Notes under the pieces: model-generated
What the model was told of the DNA's origin: nothing
Seen by the model: the letters and a program-made list of their open reading frames with translations, nothing else
Database searches by the model: none
Position numbers and translations under genes: made by a program
From: Podospora anserina
Taxonomy: Eukaryota
Length of the DNA: 64,000 nt
Direction of reading: 5' to 3'
Assembly: GCA_017654855.1 (NCBI GenBank)
Contig: CM030334.1
Location: 186,001-250,000 of the forward strand
Shown here: one piece after another, positions 35,412 to 48,333 of the stretch
How the letters are laid out: the number at the start of each line of letters is the position of its first letter
How positions within the stretch are numbered: the first letter of the stretch is position 1

Positions 35412-37019
35412 ATGGATCTCGACACTCCCATGGGTATGGCCCCAATGCTGGGCACAGCGCGCACTGGCGCAACCATCTTGTGCTGCAACTGTGGCTCTCC
35501 CATTGATGGCACCTCTTCCGCCGGTGCCATGTGCTACGACTGGTAAGTTTTCCTTTGAATTGCTAGTCATGGCGCCTGGACTGATAAAATTGTCTCCAGT
35601 ATCAAATTGACAGTCGACATCTCGAAAACCATCCCCCGCGAAGCCCATATCCAGTTCTGCCGTGACTGCGACCGATGGCTGATGCCCCCCAACACCTGGG
35701 TCAATGCTGCGCCCGAGTCCAAAGAGTTGCTGGCTTTGTGTTTGAAGAGGTTACGAAATATCACCAAGGTCCGCATTGTCAACGCAGAGTTCATCTGGAC
35801 GGAACCACATTCGCGAAGAATCAAGGTCAAGATCACAATCCAGGACTCAGTGGCTGATGGTGTCCTCATGCAACAAAGTTTCGAGGTGGTCTACGTCGTG
35901 GGTACACAGCAGTGCAAGGACTGCGCCAAGTCATACACAGCCAACGTTTGGAGAGCGTCAGTACAAGTCCGCCAAAAGGTGCCCCACAAGAGGACCTTTT
36001 TGCTTTTGGAGCAGCTTATCCTCAAGCACCAAGCGCATCGGGACACGATCAACATCAAGGAAGAAAAGGGCGGTATCGACTTTTACTTTGCTCACAGAAA
36101 TCAGGCCGAAGCCTTCCTTTCTTTCCTCAAATCAGTCATTCCCATTTTTGTCAAGGACTCGAGGCAACTTATTTCGCAAGACAACCACACAGGCGACAAG
36201 TCATACAAGTTCAACTACTCCGTCGAGATTGTCCCCATTTGCAGAGATGATTTGGTGGCCCTGCCACTCAAGTTGGCCCGGTCGATTGGCAACATTACGC
36301 CCCTTGTCCTCTGCCACAGGATAGGAACGTCCGTCAACCTTCTCGACCCCAACACTCTTCAGACAGCCGAAATCAGCTCCGACGTCTTCTGGCGCGCACC
36401 ATTCCAGCCTCTTGCCGGTACACCCGACTTGGTCGAGTTCATTGTCATGGACGTCGAACCAACAAACGTCCGCAAGGGCAAGTGGGTTCTGTCAGAAGTG
36501 CAAGTTGCCCGCGCCGCCGATCTCGGTGTAAACGACCACACCTATTTCACCAGAACTCATCTGGGCAACCTGTTGCATGCTGGAGACTCGGTCCTTGGTT
36601 ATATGCTCTCGGGAACAAACTTCAACTCTTCCGCTCTGGACGCCATTGAGAACTCTCGTGCGTTCGGGTCGACGATTCCAGATGTCATTCTGGTCAAGAA
36701 GCACTACCCCAACAGGCGCAAGAACAGGAAGCGCAACTGGAAGCTCAAGCGCATGGCCAAGGATGAGGGCGAGTTGCTGCCCAAGGCGGCCGATCAGGAG
36801 AAGATGGAGGCCGAGTACGAGATGTTCTTGCGGGATGTGGAGGAGGATGAGGAGTTGCGGGCCGCGTTGGCGTTGTACAAGAACACCAAGAAGAAGCAGC
36901 AGGATGCGGACGCGATGAGCATTGCCGAGACGGAGATGACGGGTGTGGATGATGGGCCGAGGATCAATATGGATGAGCTGCTGGATGATTTTGATGAGTT
37001 GGGCATTCATGATGAGTAG
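35412..37019 (+). CDS. NMD3: 60S ribosomal export adaptor Nmd3 (intron 35543-35599)
   Basis: CxxC zinc motifs, WTEPHSRRIKVK, VQVRQKVPHKRTF, C-terminal NES-like ELLDDFDEL. Confidence 0.96.
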
Positions 37020-37215
37020 GGGATTAGGCTGTGAAGTTTCATGGGGTGAATGGGTTGGAGTGGAAAAATATACCATTTTTGTTTTGTTTGATGAGAACTT
37101 CTTTGATACTTTGCTGTGTTCCTTCTGTGTATTGTGAGTATCGATAAATACATGCTGCATATTTGTTGCATGACGGAACTATCTTTCCTCTTTATCCACC
37201 GTAAACCGCAACCAT

Positions 37216-38763
37216 TCAATGCTCATCCCCACAACAGCCACAAACTAGCTTTCTCCACGATCCCCCTTCCCGCTCTTCTTCTCTCTTGGGCGGTCTGTCC
37301 ATCCTCCGATCATCACCCCTCGATCCAGACTTGGCTCTCTCCCGCCTGTGACTCTGTTGATGAGTTTGTGACGACTGAGATTGAGACTGAGGCGAGAGTC
37401 GAGTCACGGGGACGATCTCAAAGTCGGGGGTCATGTCCCTTTTCTTTCCTAGGCACAGATTATCGATCAGGTCCTCACGAGGAGAGGAGTTGGGTTTTCC
37501 GGTTTTGGTGATGGTTGGGTCGTGTGGAGGGCTGTTGAGCTGTTTAGGTTTGGTGATGGGTAGGTTTGGGGGAGTGGGTGAGCGATGGGTTGGAGGTGCT
37601 GGGGGCGCAGGGTTGGGATGAGGCAGACGAGGATGGGTGTCTTTGCGCTGGACGTGATGGCTGTAGCTGGCGGTTGAGTCGGATGTGCGCCGGGGACGGG
37701 GGAGGTTTAGCGGGGCGGGGATGATGTCGGTCACGCTGATGCGCGCAGAGGGTTTGCGGCTGGGTGTGGTTGGAGTGGTGGTGGTGTCCATTTTTGGGAT
37801 GATGCCGTTGCTGTAGGGGGTGCTAGGGCAGACGAAAGATGGGGTGTTACGGGAGGTGGGATGGGATTCTGGGTACCAGGTGCGGGTGCGGTAGGATGAT
37901 GTTTTGGTACACTCCGTAACGGTGTAGTCGTGCATGTCGTGGTTGTTTGGAGTGAAGTCCCAGTTTGGTTTGTTCGGTGTAAGGGGGGAGCACGGCGGAA
38001 ACGCGAGATGAGGTGTCAAAATCGGAGAAGTTGCCCTGGAGCTGCTTAATGATCGTGGTCGGGGATGAGCCAAAGGTAGTGAGTATTGCCGCTCAACGAT
38101 GGGGGGGTATTTCCTGCCTCGTGAGCCGGGACCCGGATCCGACCCGCTGCCATGAAAAGAGGGTGTTCTGAGAGGCGAGGATAAATTCAATCTAGAGTGA
38201 CGTCGAACATAAAGCGGGCCTGGGGGTGGACTGCCTCGAAACCCCTGATTGTCGAATCCTCCGTGATATATCTCCTTGCTGCAACTCGGTGTTGGTGTTC
38301 TCGATGAAACACTGTCGAACTTGTGGTCGCGACTGGTGCTGCTTCCTCTGGATTTGCGGGTGGATGTACTCTCGCTCTCACTGCCGTATCCCAAGCCGGC
38401 TTGTCCTGTAGCTGCATAAGAGCCTGTGGCAGCAGAAGCATTGACCGGAAGGCAGACCGAGATGAATGTGGACAAGTTCAAGCCATTCCGCACTGCTTCC
38501 ACACACCTTGCGAACGCAGGCTCAACACTGATGACGGGCTCCTCTTTCCATATACGCAAGTGCTTCCAGTCCTTTTGGTATCGGTGCATGAGAAGGGATT
38601 CGACGGGATATCCCTTGGGAAAAGCATTGTCTTCGTCTAGAAGCCGCTTGATGTAGCCTTGGAGCTCCGCTGCCTCTTCGCGAGAGAGTCCCAGCTTGCG
38701 AATTGCTGATTCCACGCTCTGATGATACCCAGTGTCGGGGCCATCTGGATTCGAGAGACCCAT
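37216..38763 (-). CDS. Hypothetical S/P/T-rich protein, 515 aa
   Basis: Long ATG-initiated ORF between conserved genes; C-terminal VCGCCG. Confidence 0.7.
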   Translation of the reverse strand: MGLSNPDGPDTGYHQSVESAIRKLGLSREEAAELQGYIKRLLDEDNAFPKGYPVESLLMHRYQKDWKHLRIWKEEPVISVEPAFARCVEAVRNGLNLSTFISVCLPVNASAATGSYAATGQAGLGYGSESESTSTRKSRGSSTSRDHKFDSVSSRTPTPSCSKEIYHGGFDNQGFRGSPPPGPLYVRRHSRLNLSSPLRTPSFHGSGSDPGPGSRGRKYPPIVERQYSLPLAHPRPRSLSSSRATSPILTPHLAFPPCSPLTPNKPNWDFTPNNHDMHDYTVTECTKTSSYRTRTWYPESHPTSRNTPSFVCPSTPYSNGIIPKMDTTTTPTTPSRKPSARISVTDIIPAPLNLPRPRRTSDSTASYSHHVQRKDTHPRLPHPNPAPPAPPTHRSPTPPNLPITKPKQLNSPPHDPTITKTGKPNSSPREDLIDNLCLGKKRDMTPDFEIVPVTRLSPQSQSQSSQTHQQSHRRERAKSGSRGDDRRMDRPPKREEEREGGSWRKLVCGCCGDEH

Positions 38764-38997
38764 CTTGTCGCAACGTTATTCGAAATGACAGCACCTGGAA
38801 ACCATAAGAACGAGCATTTGACATACGAGAAGGCCAGAATTATAGATGTCCTAAGAGCAAGCATCGGCACATTTTGCTATGCAGCACCACAAAGCCCTGT
38901 TGTTCCAATCACTATACGAATTGAGGTGTTGGGTGCTAGTAAAGGGTATACGCACATGCAAAAGAGATGCCGAACAATAAAAAGGGGGCTTCAACGA

Positions 38998-40054
38998 TCA
39001 AAAGATCTTGCTGAGCACTCTTTGCACATGCTCTGGCTGGTCCTCCTGCTTCGTCTTCTTTGCCAGCGGTACCTGTGCAAACGTCCTCCTCTTCTTTTGA
39101 GAAACCCCTTCTTGGACCGCACTGCCGCCTCCATATTCCTTCTTCTCGTCTTCTGTGGCCTTTTTCCGCTTGGCCGCAGCCTTTGCTTCCATGCCCTGCA
39201 ACACCTTTGCCCTCTCCACGTTCCGCACAAACTCCTTGTTCTCCTTGGTGGACTTGCTGATTTCGGCGCGCATTCTGCTGGCTCGTTCGGCGTTCTCGGC
39301 GGCGATTTGCTCTGTGAGATGGTGCCTGTTGGCTGTCAGTATGGAGTTCCCAGATAATCAGAGAGAGAGAGAGAGGGAGGGGGGTGGGGTCCCACCATTT
39401 GAAACCATTCAAATACTTCATGGCCCACACATCATCTCTGTACCAACTCGACTTCTTCCCACCAATTGTTTGCGCATTCAAGAGATCGACCACCTTTTTA
39501 GCATCCTTCTTCTTGATAAACTCGACCCATCCCTCGCCGTAGGACCGCTTCTTGTTACCTCCGGCGTGGACGCGGCGCGCGTGGACTGCTGGATCCTCGG
39601 GGGCGAGGAATATCCTGTTGATTTGGCCGTATGGTTCGAGAAGTGATCGTAACTTCTGGGGCTTCATGAATGGCGGTACGCGCGATAGGTAGATAACACC
39701 TGACTTTTTGATGGCAGCTTCGGAGACAACAAGGTTCTTCTTGAGCAGTGAATTCTTGACGCCGGGCAGTTCGACCTTTGTCTTCTTCGGTTTCTTTTCT
39801 TTGGAGTCTTTCCCTTCCTCTGCCTCGTCGCCGGACTCTTGGGGTTCTCCGTCGAGCTTTGCGCCACCATCCTCGTCTTGGTCTTGGTATCGCTCGTCGT
39901 CGGTAATGTCTTCAGCCTCGCTATCCTCGTCGTTTACTCTTCTGCGCTTCGCGCTGGGGCCACCCTTTTGGAAATCATCTTCTGAGCCATAATCGCGGCC
40001 GACATCTTCGTCACTATCGCCGGCGTCGAGAAAAGCGTTTCTTTTATCAGACAT
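38998..40054 (-). CDS. ESF2: Pre-rRNA processing protein Esf2 (intron 39326-39395)
   Basis: GVIYLSRVPPFMKP, EGWVEF and IGGKKSSWYRDDVW; the splice gives FKWHHLTEQI. Confidence 0.95.
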
Positions 40055-40648
40055 TGTTGTGGGTGGCAGTCGGTGAACTTTTTGAGCTTTGGATCTGGGA
40101 AAACCGCTTTAGTTGGTTGTCGATTAAGTAGATTGGCTGAACCTTTAGTTGCTGTTCCAAAAATTTCTGGAGACTGCCATTGGCCTGTGCACTGCCAAGT
40201 TTCCAGCATTGTAGCTCCCGAGACTCATGGTTGGATCAACCAGGCCAGATAGAGGCCTTGGAAATAGTTCATGTCATCTTTACGGTATAGAAAGATCTAA
40301 TAGAATAATCCCCGCTGTCCGTATACTTTTGCGATATCTGGTAGTGGAAAGCGCCGCATACGCATCTGGGCAAGATACTTGATGGCAGACACAAGGGTGC
40401 ATCCTTGGCTACCCACCGTTATCTTATCTGTTATCAGTGCCGCGGGAGCTTACTGGAAGCTGGACGTCGTTGGAGGGGCAGGGCAGAGGGGCAGAGGGGC
40501 AAACAACAGGCCGCCTTAAGCTTAGAAAGGGATGACGGCGCATCGCAGCTCCTCGCCAATGTGTCACCACTTGATATTCGAGCCCGGGTGATACCCCTAC
40601 ACTTAACATCTTCAACCACTCACTCAGCCATCGTTACCTCCCGTCGCC

Positions 40649-42172
40649 ATGTCTGTCGAGGTCATCACCACCATCTCCCCCACCACCGAGGAACCCATCC
40701 TCACGCGCAACGGCATCTCCACTGAGGAGCTCGAGCAGATTCCCGACATTGCCACCCAGGCGTACAAGGCATGGCGCACAACGAAGCTGGCTGACCGCCA
40801 GATCATCATCAAGAAGGCCCTCAAGATCCTCGCCGACAGGCAGGATGAGCTTGCCAACGAGCTCACCGTCCAGATGGGACGTCCCATCGCCTACACGGCC
40901 AAGGAGGTAGCCACCGCCGTCAAGCGGTCCGAATATCTGCTCAAGATCAGCGACGATGTGCTCCAGGACACGCCGGGTGAGGAGGAGAAGGGTTTCAAGA
41001 GATTTATCCGCAAAGTACCTGTTGGCCCAGTACTTATCATCTTTGCGTGGAATGTATGCGCCTATCTGCTCCTTGTAGACCACGAGACAACGTACTAATC
41101 ACAAACTTGAACACTGATAGTATCCGTATCTGATCCTCGTCAACGCCCTGATCCCCGCGCTGCTTGCCGGAAATTCGGTCATCCTCAAGCCGTCCCCCCA
41201 GACCCCGACCGTTGCGGAACAAGTGGGCAGGGCCTTCCAGGAAGCCGGCTTGCCCGATGGCGTCATCCAATATTTCCACTCAGGATCGCCCACCATCATC
41301 GAGTCTATCGTTCGTAACCCCAAGATCGCGCTCGTCTGCTTTACTGGGTCAGTCGCCGGTGGTCTTGCTGTCCAGAGCGCCGCCTCGGACAGGGTGGTCA
41401 ATGTTTGTCTGGAGCTTGGTGGAAAGGATCCGGCCTATGTCCGTGGTGATGTAGACATTGCTTGGGCTGCTGAAGAAATCGTGGACGGAGCCGTCTTCAA
41501 CTCTGGTCAGAGCTGCTGCTCAATAGAGCGTGTGTATGTGGACGAGAAGATCCATGACCAGTTTGTTGAAGCCATTCAAAAAGTTCTGAAGGGCTACAAG
41601 CTGGGAGACCCCTTGGATAAGGCCACTCACCTGGGCCCTGTCGTTTCAAAAAGGTCAAAGGAGACCATCGAGGCCCACATTCAAGACGCGTTGGACAAGG
41701 GCGCCGAGAACCTCACACCCGATAACGAGACATTCAAGGACCTTCCTCCCAAGGGCAACTTTGTCGTGCCAACGCTCCTCACCAAGGTCGATCACACAAT
41801 GAAGGTCATGAAAGATGAGACTTTCGGGCCCGTGATCCCCGTTATGAAGGTAAAGAGCGACGAGGAAGCGGTGGAGCTAATGAACGACAGCGAGTTTGGT
41901 CTCACTGCCAGCATATGGACCAAGGACACAGATAAGGGATATGAGCTATGCGAGCAGGTTGAAGCGGGAACCGTTTTCGTCAACCGTTGTGATTTCCCAA
42001 GCCCTGTAAGTCAGAATGCCCCGTGTGGTGTGAATGCCACTGACTGAGAGACATGCAGGACCTGGCCTGGACTGGATGGAAGAACTCCGGGAAGGGTCAG
42101 ACATTGAGCAAATACGGTTTTGATCAATTCGTCAAGTTGAAGAGCTATCATTTGAAGGACTACCCCAAATAG
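40649..42172 (+). CDS. Aldehyde dehydrogenase (introns 41054-41120, 42006-42058)
   Basis: AWNYP, FTGS, LELGGKDP, NSGQSCC and ETFGPV motifs. Confidence 0.95.
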
Positions 42173-43180
42173 AGGTTTGGGGGTGCCCTTGATCTGCAGC
42201 AGGCAACCGGAACCACTCTAGGGAGGGCTTCAGCAAGGGCATTGCTACGGCGCGTCCACGAGGCATTCGGAGACATGAAAATTTGACATTATTCAGCGGC
42301 AGGCAAAGCAAATCGATTTCCATTCATTTCTTCAAGGCTCTGCAAGAACAAACTGGCGGCTTGTCTCGGGGGACAATTTCCAACCTGTTGTCAGCATTCC
42401 ATCACTGGGGAAAGGAGGTGCGGAAACGGCATGAGGCTTTCTCGCTTAAACCCCCCGTCTAAATTCCAAGACAGTCTTCTTCTCCCTCTCTGCAGTTCTC
42501 TGCGAGGGGCCATCATGAGTCGTGATTCGTCCTGCATATCTCGCCACTGCCTGACGGGCAACTGGTTGCGAGACGTGCCTTTCAGGAACACGTTCCAGCA
42601 GTTTGGAACAGGGTCGATCCGATGCGGCAGAAGCATCATGTTCTTTTATAAGCCTGTCCCAGCTGTCTTCTGCTTCTTCTCGCTTCCCAGCCTCTTTTCT
42701 TTGACGAAGACGGCACAGGTTCGTTGTCTGGACGTTGCCACCGGCCTTGTCGGATTCTATACTTGCTCACCTGCCAGTCCCCATGACACTCCTTTGTCTT
42801 TGTATTTCTTGATCTTTGTCTGCTCTAGACACCACACTCGCTTCTCACTGGCTTACCGAGGAACTGGTTCGGTTCCGCTTCACTTGTTCTCCCACGTCAT
42901 TCGTTCGAATTCGCATCATACACGGCCTCGCTCTTGTTCTTAATACTTTCCGGATCCGTCAGGAACTTCTCGGCCCTACCTCTGTCCCCGATTATTATTC
43001 TTCCAACCATCTAATCTGTCTCCTCGGAGACCTGTCGTCCGATTTTCACATCACAGACTTTTCTCCTCCAACACTCGAGTATACCTCACACGTTAATCTC
43101 TTTCGCCATTTTCACTTCAGCAATTCGTCTCGTTTATCTGTCTGATCCAAAAGCAATCGTTGGATATTTATCTCAGGAAA

Positions 43181-44115
43181 ATGTATCTCTGTTCGGAAAT
43201 GAAGAGGTTATACACCTCTTTTCAGGAGATGATCACCTCTCGGAAAGGGGCACTCAGGAGAAATGGTAGAGGGGGCTCAAAACGCCCGTTGGTGATTGTG
43301 AGTATCATTCGTCATCCACTCATCGCATCATTTACTAACAGAGAACACAGTCAGCACCATACAATTTTGAACAGATCCCAGTCACGCTACCAGGTCTCAC
43401 GCCAGAAGAGTATGCTCCCTCTTCATCAGTCCAATCTTTCGCTTCCATTGCTAACATCACTTTCAGGATTCTGGTCCTCCGTGAGAAGGCCGCAGCCACC
43501 AGACTAGGAATCCACGCCGACTCACCACCATCAATACCGACCTACTCTGTGTCTGCTCCGAGTTCATCCTCCAACTCCAGCACTCCCAACCCCAACGTCA
43601 CAGGCGTCCTGCCACCGTCGCCTCCTCCCATCATCACCAACCTCCACACCTCGGGCCCTGGCCGTTCCTCCTCCAGAGCTGGGTCATCGATGCGCAGCTC
43701 CTCCGCCCGCTCAGGCACCATCTCCCGTTCCGAATCGATGGCCAGAATTCCCTACCCTAGCAACCTCCGCCACTACGCCAGCTCAGAACAGGTGAAGCCG
43801 ATGCCGATTCCTTCCGGTGGTGGTCTCCCAGCTCAGAGCAATCACTCTCTCCTGTTGTTGGGTGATTTGGATGACGATGTCATCTTGCCTCTGGAACTTG
43901 ACTCACATTCACGACCGGGTAGCAGAAGCAGGGGGCACGTCAACAACAATGTCGATCCTGTCGGCATGTTCCCGCTTGACCTGGACTTTGAGCACCTCGA
44001 GAGGGAGTTTGAGCTTGGCAGCCCGATCAGCCCGTTGAGTCCGCCGAGCAAGAAGAATACGCCGAGGGGGAGTCCGAAGGGGAGTGTGAGTGAGAGGGGA
44101 GCGATCAGGATCTAG
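43181..44115 (+). CDS. Hypothetical Ser-rich protein with a CRIB-like motif (introns 43298-43350, 43410-43466)
   Basis: Two canonical introns join three ORFs: ...RPLVI|SAPYNFEQIPVTLPGLTPE|EILVLREKAAATRLGI... Confidence 0.65.
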
Positions 44116-44469
44116 CAGGGGGGGGAGGCAAAACAAAAACAATGACGACAAAAATAATAATGCAGCAGGCATGGTTCAGCTTGTAGGATAAGGCTGTCTT
44201 TTTTGAACTTTTTGAAGCGAGCAAGCGGGTAAACAAAAGAATGGATGAACTAAAAATCAATGCGAGGGTGGAAAGGAAGGATAGCGAAAGAAATTAATCA
44301 TTGTGTTGTTTGTGCTCATGCTGGCATGGGCTTGGGCAACTACAGCAGACAAATGTCGAAACAGAATGGGAGCTTGACAACCTTCCGTTGGCATTTTCTC
44401 TTGATCTGATTGGCGTGTGATGATGATATTGAATCATCGGTTCTATATAAGCGCTCATCTGTTGCAACA

Positions 44470-45868
44470 TCACAACTCCTGCCACCTCCCCCCATCCCAG
44501 CTCTCCAACCTCGCCCCCTCCACCTCCCCCAACACATCCAACAACCTCGCCTTCACCCCTTCCCTCTGACTATACTCTCCCAAAAACCTTTCGACTCTCC
44601 CCACCGTCCCCTCATCATCCCTAATCACCAACGCCGCAGCATCATACCCCCCCGCGCCAGGAACCACACTCCCCACCACCCCCTCCAGCCCCTCCAGCTC
44701 GTCCAGCATCTTGGTCTGACTGTCCGGCTCGATCTCGGCCCCGCTCTCCACCCCCATCCTTTTCATCAACCTCCTCACCTCCCCCATTGCCCTTTTTATC
44801 GCCTGCCCATCCCCGACTTTGAGCGCCCCAGCCAAAACCTTCACCTCCCCCTCCAGCTCGGCAAACAACCCATCCGCCTCGGCCTTGTTCCCTTCCCTCC
44901 AGGCGTTGACCAGCTTCACCATGCTGACCGTTGCCGTCCCCCCCGTGACATCCACCATTCTGATCTTCAGCCCCTCGGCAAGATCAGTCTCCTCTTTGCT
45001 GATTTCTTGATCCCAGTCGGGGGAGTTGACCGTCTCCACGACGGCTCTCCCGAACCCTCTCGTCCCTGGGGGTGGGAGGGCGGATAAGAGGGAGGGGGAA
45101 AACCGGCGGTAGACGCAGCTGCCGTAGACGGCGCTGGCGACGTCGAACCCGGAGCCGATTTTCCCCTGGGCGGCGCAGTGGGCTGCTTGGGAGAGGTTGT
45201 GGAGGGTGCACCGGCCTGAGGGGGTGGAGAGGTCGAAAAGGGAACGGGGGAGGTAGTGGGAGAGCAAGCAGCCGGTTAGGGAGGTTACCAGGGCGGCGGA
45301 GGAGCCGAGGCCGGTTTTGTTGGCTTTGGAGATTGTTTGCCCGAGGTGGCGGAAGCGACGCTGGGGGGTGGAAGGGGAGGTGGTGGTGGTGGTGGAGTAA
45401 TAGTCGTTGTCGGCGAGGATGGTGAATTTGGCGGGGTGGATGGAGGAGAGGGTTTGCTTGGCGGGGAGGGAGACGATGTAGGAGAGGACGTAGTTGAGGG
45501 TTGTTTCGACGAAATGGTTGGGTTTGAAGGGTTTGGTGCCGCTGGGGGAGGTGTTAGTGATGAGGTGTGACAAAAAAAAAAGGGGGGGGGAGAACATACG
45601 GGTCGAGCTGGGTGACTTTTACACCGCCGTGACCTTCCACAGGGGTGTAGCCGTACACCCAGGAGTCATCGTCAAACTGCGGACTTTCGACGACAATCTC
45701 GGTGAGATGAACGCCCTGGGTGGGCTGGATGGGGTGAGAGACGACGTTGATGCGGGCGCTGAGGCCAAAGACGAGGCCGGAGTAGTCCCTGTCGAGGACA
45801 ATGTAGCCGCCTGCGAGAAGAACCTTGCCGGGAGCGGAGACAACAGATGAGTTCTTGTGTTCGGGCAT
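44470..45868 (-). CDS. ERG8: Phosphomevalonate kinase (intron 45542-45599)
   Basis: SAPGKVLLAGGY, KTGLGSSAA, AQGKIGSGFDV and PGAGGYDA motifs. Confidence 0.96.
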
Positions 45869-48333
45869 TTTGAATGTGAGTGAGAGAGGAAGAATCTCAC
45901 GATAGCTTCAAGTGTGAGTTTGTTGACGAGTGCAAGCGTGAGCTCTCATGAAGGTTGAATGAGAGCCCCTGAATGATGGAGGGGTAGGTTCAGGCAGGGG
46001 CCCACTTATGCGAGCTGTTGTGGGGCACAACCCTGAGGTTTGTTTTTTGTCTTTGTTTTGGAAAGAAATCGTGCGCTTTAACCCTGACTTCCAAGGTCGG
46101 CCTTGACGGCCACAAAGAACACAGAATTTGTCACCGACGGTGCCGCTTGATTACACAGACCTAATGATGTATTGGGGGAAACAAATCTCAAGGTGTTCAT
46201 CTGAACCAGCCTCACGTTTCAACAGAGTACCCTCGTAACCCGACAGCCTAGGCACAAGTTTATGCCTTCCGCCTTGTGAAGTTCTCAAAAGTAAGAAGAG
46301 AAAAAAAAAAAAGCCAAAGCACGTAGTTCACGTAAGGTACCTTGGTCTATAAGAGACACGTCAAGTTTTCGAACATATTATGCCTCTGAAAAACATGTTC
46401 AAGATGTCACTGGGTAGGCATTTTGTCTGCAATGTGAGTTTCGACATGTTGTCATATCTTGTCTTATACATCTCTTGTCCTATACATCTCTTGGCCACAC
46501 GTTGAACAAGTTCTAAAAAACCAAAGCCCACAGTATATCAAAGATTTGAATGAGAGCTATGAGACTTCCAAACGTTGTGACTTGAACCCCATTTTGACTG
46601 AACATTATCCCCTTTAGCGAGCTTGAACCCTCAAGTAAGAAAGATAGCGGTGGCGATCATAGATGGCAGATGCTGCAGTGTGATTCATGACTACCTACCT
46701 GGTAGATGCAATCGTGCACTATACATAATCAATTAGGAAATGCGATCCAGGATTGGCCGCGGCCCGTACTCGGTGGCCGAGGATGCTCGGTGATAAGGCA
46801 GGTCGGGAACAAGCCGGGACGGAGCAGCGGCGGGTCAAGGGCTCAGCAAACGGCGGGCCGGGCACTTTTGGCATGGCAGTCCAATCATTGGCTCTGGTTT
46901 TGGTTGCTTTTCATGCACATGTGACTGTTTGCTGGCTTTCCTTGGATTCCCTGATATTATCAGATGCAACTCATCCTGTTTTCGATCGTCGATCAGAGAT
47001 TGATTGAGCTATTCCAGCTGGATATCGTGCACTGCCATCTCACGCACTCGTATCCTCTTCGATGTGGCATACCCCGTTGAATGACTGCAATCGTGTCTCA
47101 ACCGATGCCAAATGCTAGATAGAGACAGTTCGAACCGTAAAGAACGATTGATAACAGTGAAGAGTGGATTGCCAAAGCCGGAGTACCGTCAAAAGGAAGC
47201 ACTGCTTTTTGTGTGGACGCTAAAGTTTTCGAGAAATGTCTCAACCCATGTAACGGTAACGTTCAAACGCCCAAAGTGGTCAAGTGCTGTTCCTGCAGCT
47301 GTCGGGGTTTGGAGCGGTGCGAGCTCCGAGGGCTCGGCACTGTTAGCGATTGGGCGGGACCACCGGTATTTGACTAACAGTTAAGATCTGAGATGAACCC
47401 CGGGTTATCTGGTCCGGGAAGTCTTCGTTGACGTGCTGGAGCAGAGTGTCCCCGCTCAACCCGCGTCCGAGCCTTCCGCCAAGCCACCGCCATTCGTCAT
47501 CGGCCGCCCAGCAGCTCTGGGGGAGCATGGGGCAGCATGTCGGGACGTCCACTGACAGACGGCCGCCGACGATGATGGAAGACGGTGAGCAGAGAACAGC
47601 CCGGGCCATGCCAGAGGATAGGTAGAGGCAGCCATCCCATGTGATACTAGGGTTAAGGGTTATGGACCAAGGTGTGTTAGTGGTTGATGTGTTCTCTTCT
47701 GAAGTGTTCCATACGCCGCCTAAGGCAACGGTTATTACGTGGACGTCCACATCATGGATGCTATGAAACAAGTGTCATGAATCGACGACGATGGGGGGCT
47801 GGGATTTTCCTCAAGAAACAAAATGGAGAAGAAGGGATATAATTGTCTGTATATCCGAGAATTAATACACATATCTCCGTGTTTTGTGTCGTTGACTGAT
47901 GAGCGAGGTTCGCTCTGACTAATCCCGCGCACCCATTCCGAATCCACCCGGCTAAGGACCCCGGTGACCTGGCACAGGCTTAGCTTTCGCTTCTCCAGCG
48001 CGGCGAGGGAAAAAAAATCACAGCTACCGGTGCTTTAAGACAATATTTGAGCTGCAGTCACTCTCCCTTCCACGCCTCAGCCCTTCGCCCTTTTCCCGTT
48101 TCTCGTCCATCCACCACCAACATTATACCAATCACCCCCCAAGGTCAGCGCGTTTGTTTGACGGCTTCACTGTCGTCAAATGAACCTGCAATTGCGCATA
48201 ACCCCTTCACTCCTTGTAAGTCAATTGCTTGACCCCGCCACGCCTGACTTGGCTACCTTTGGTTGAAGCTATTCGCGTCTGACACCCCGTCTCCGTCTGG
48301 GAACAGAACCCCTCTCCGCCTGGTGTCTCTTAA

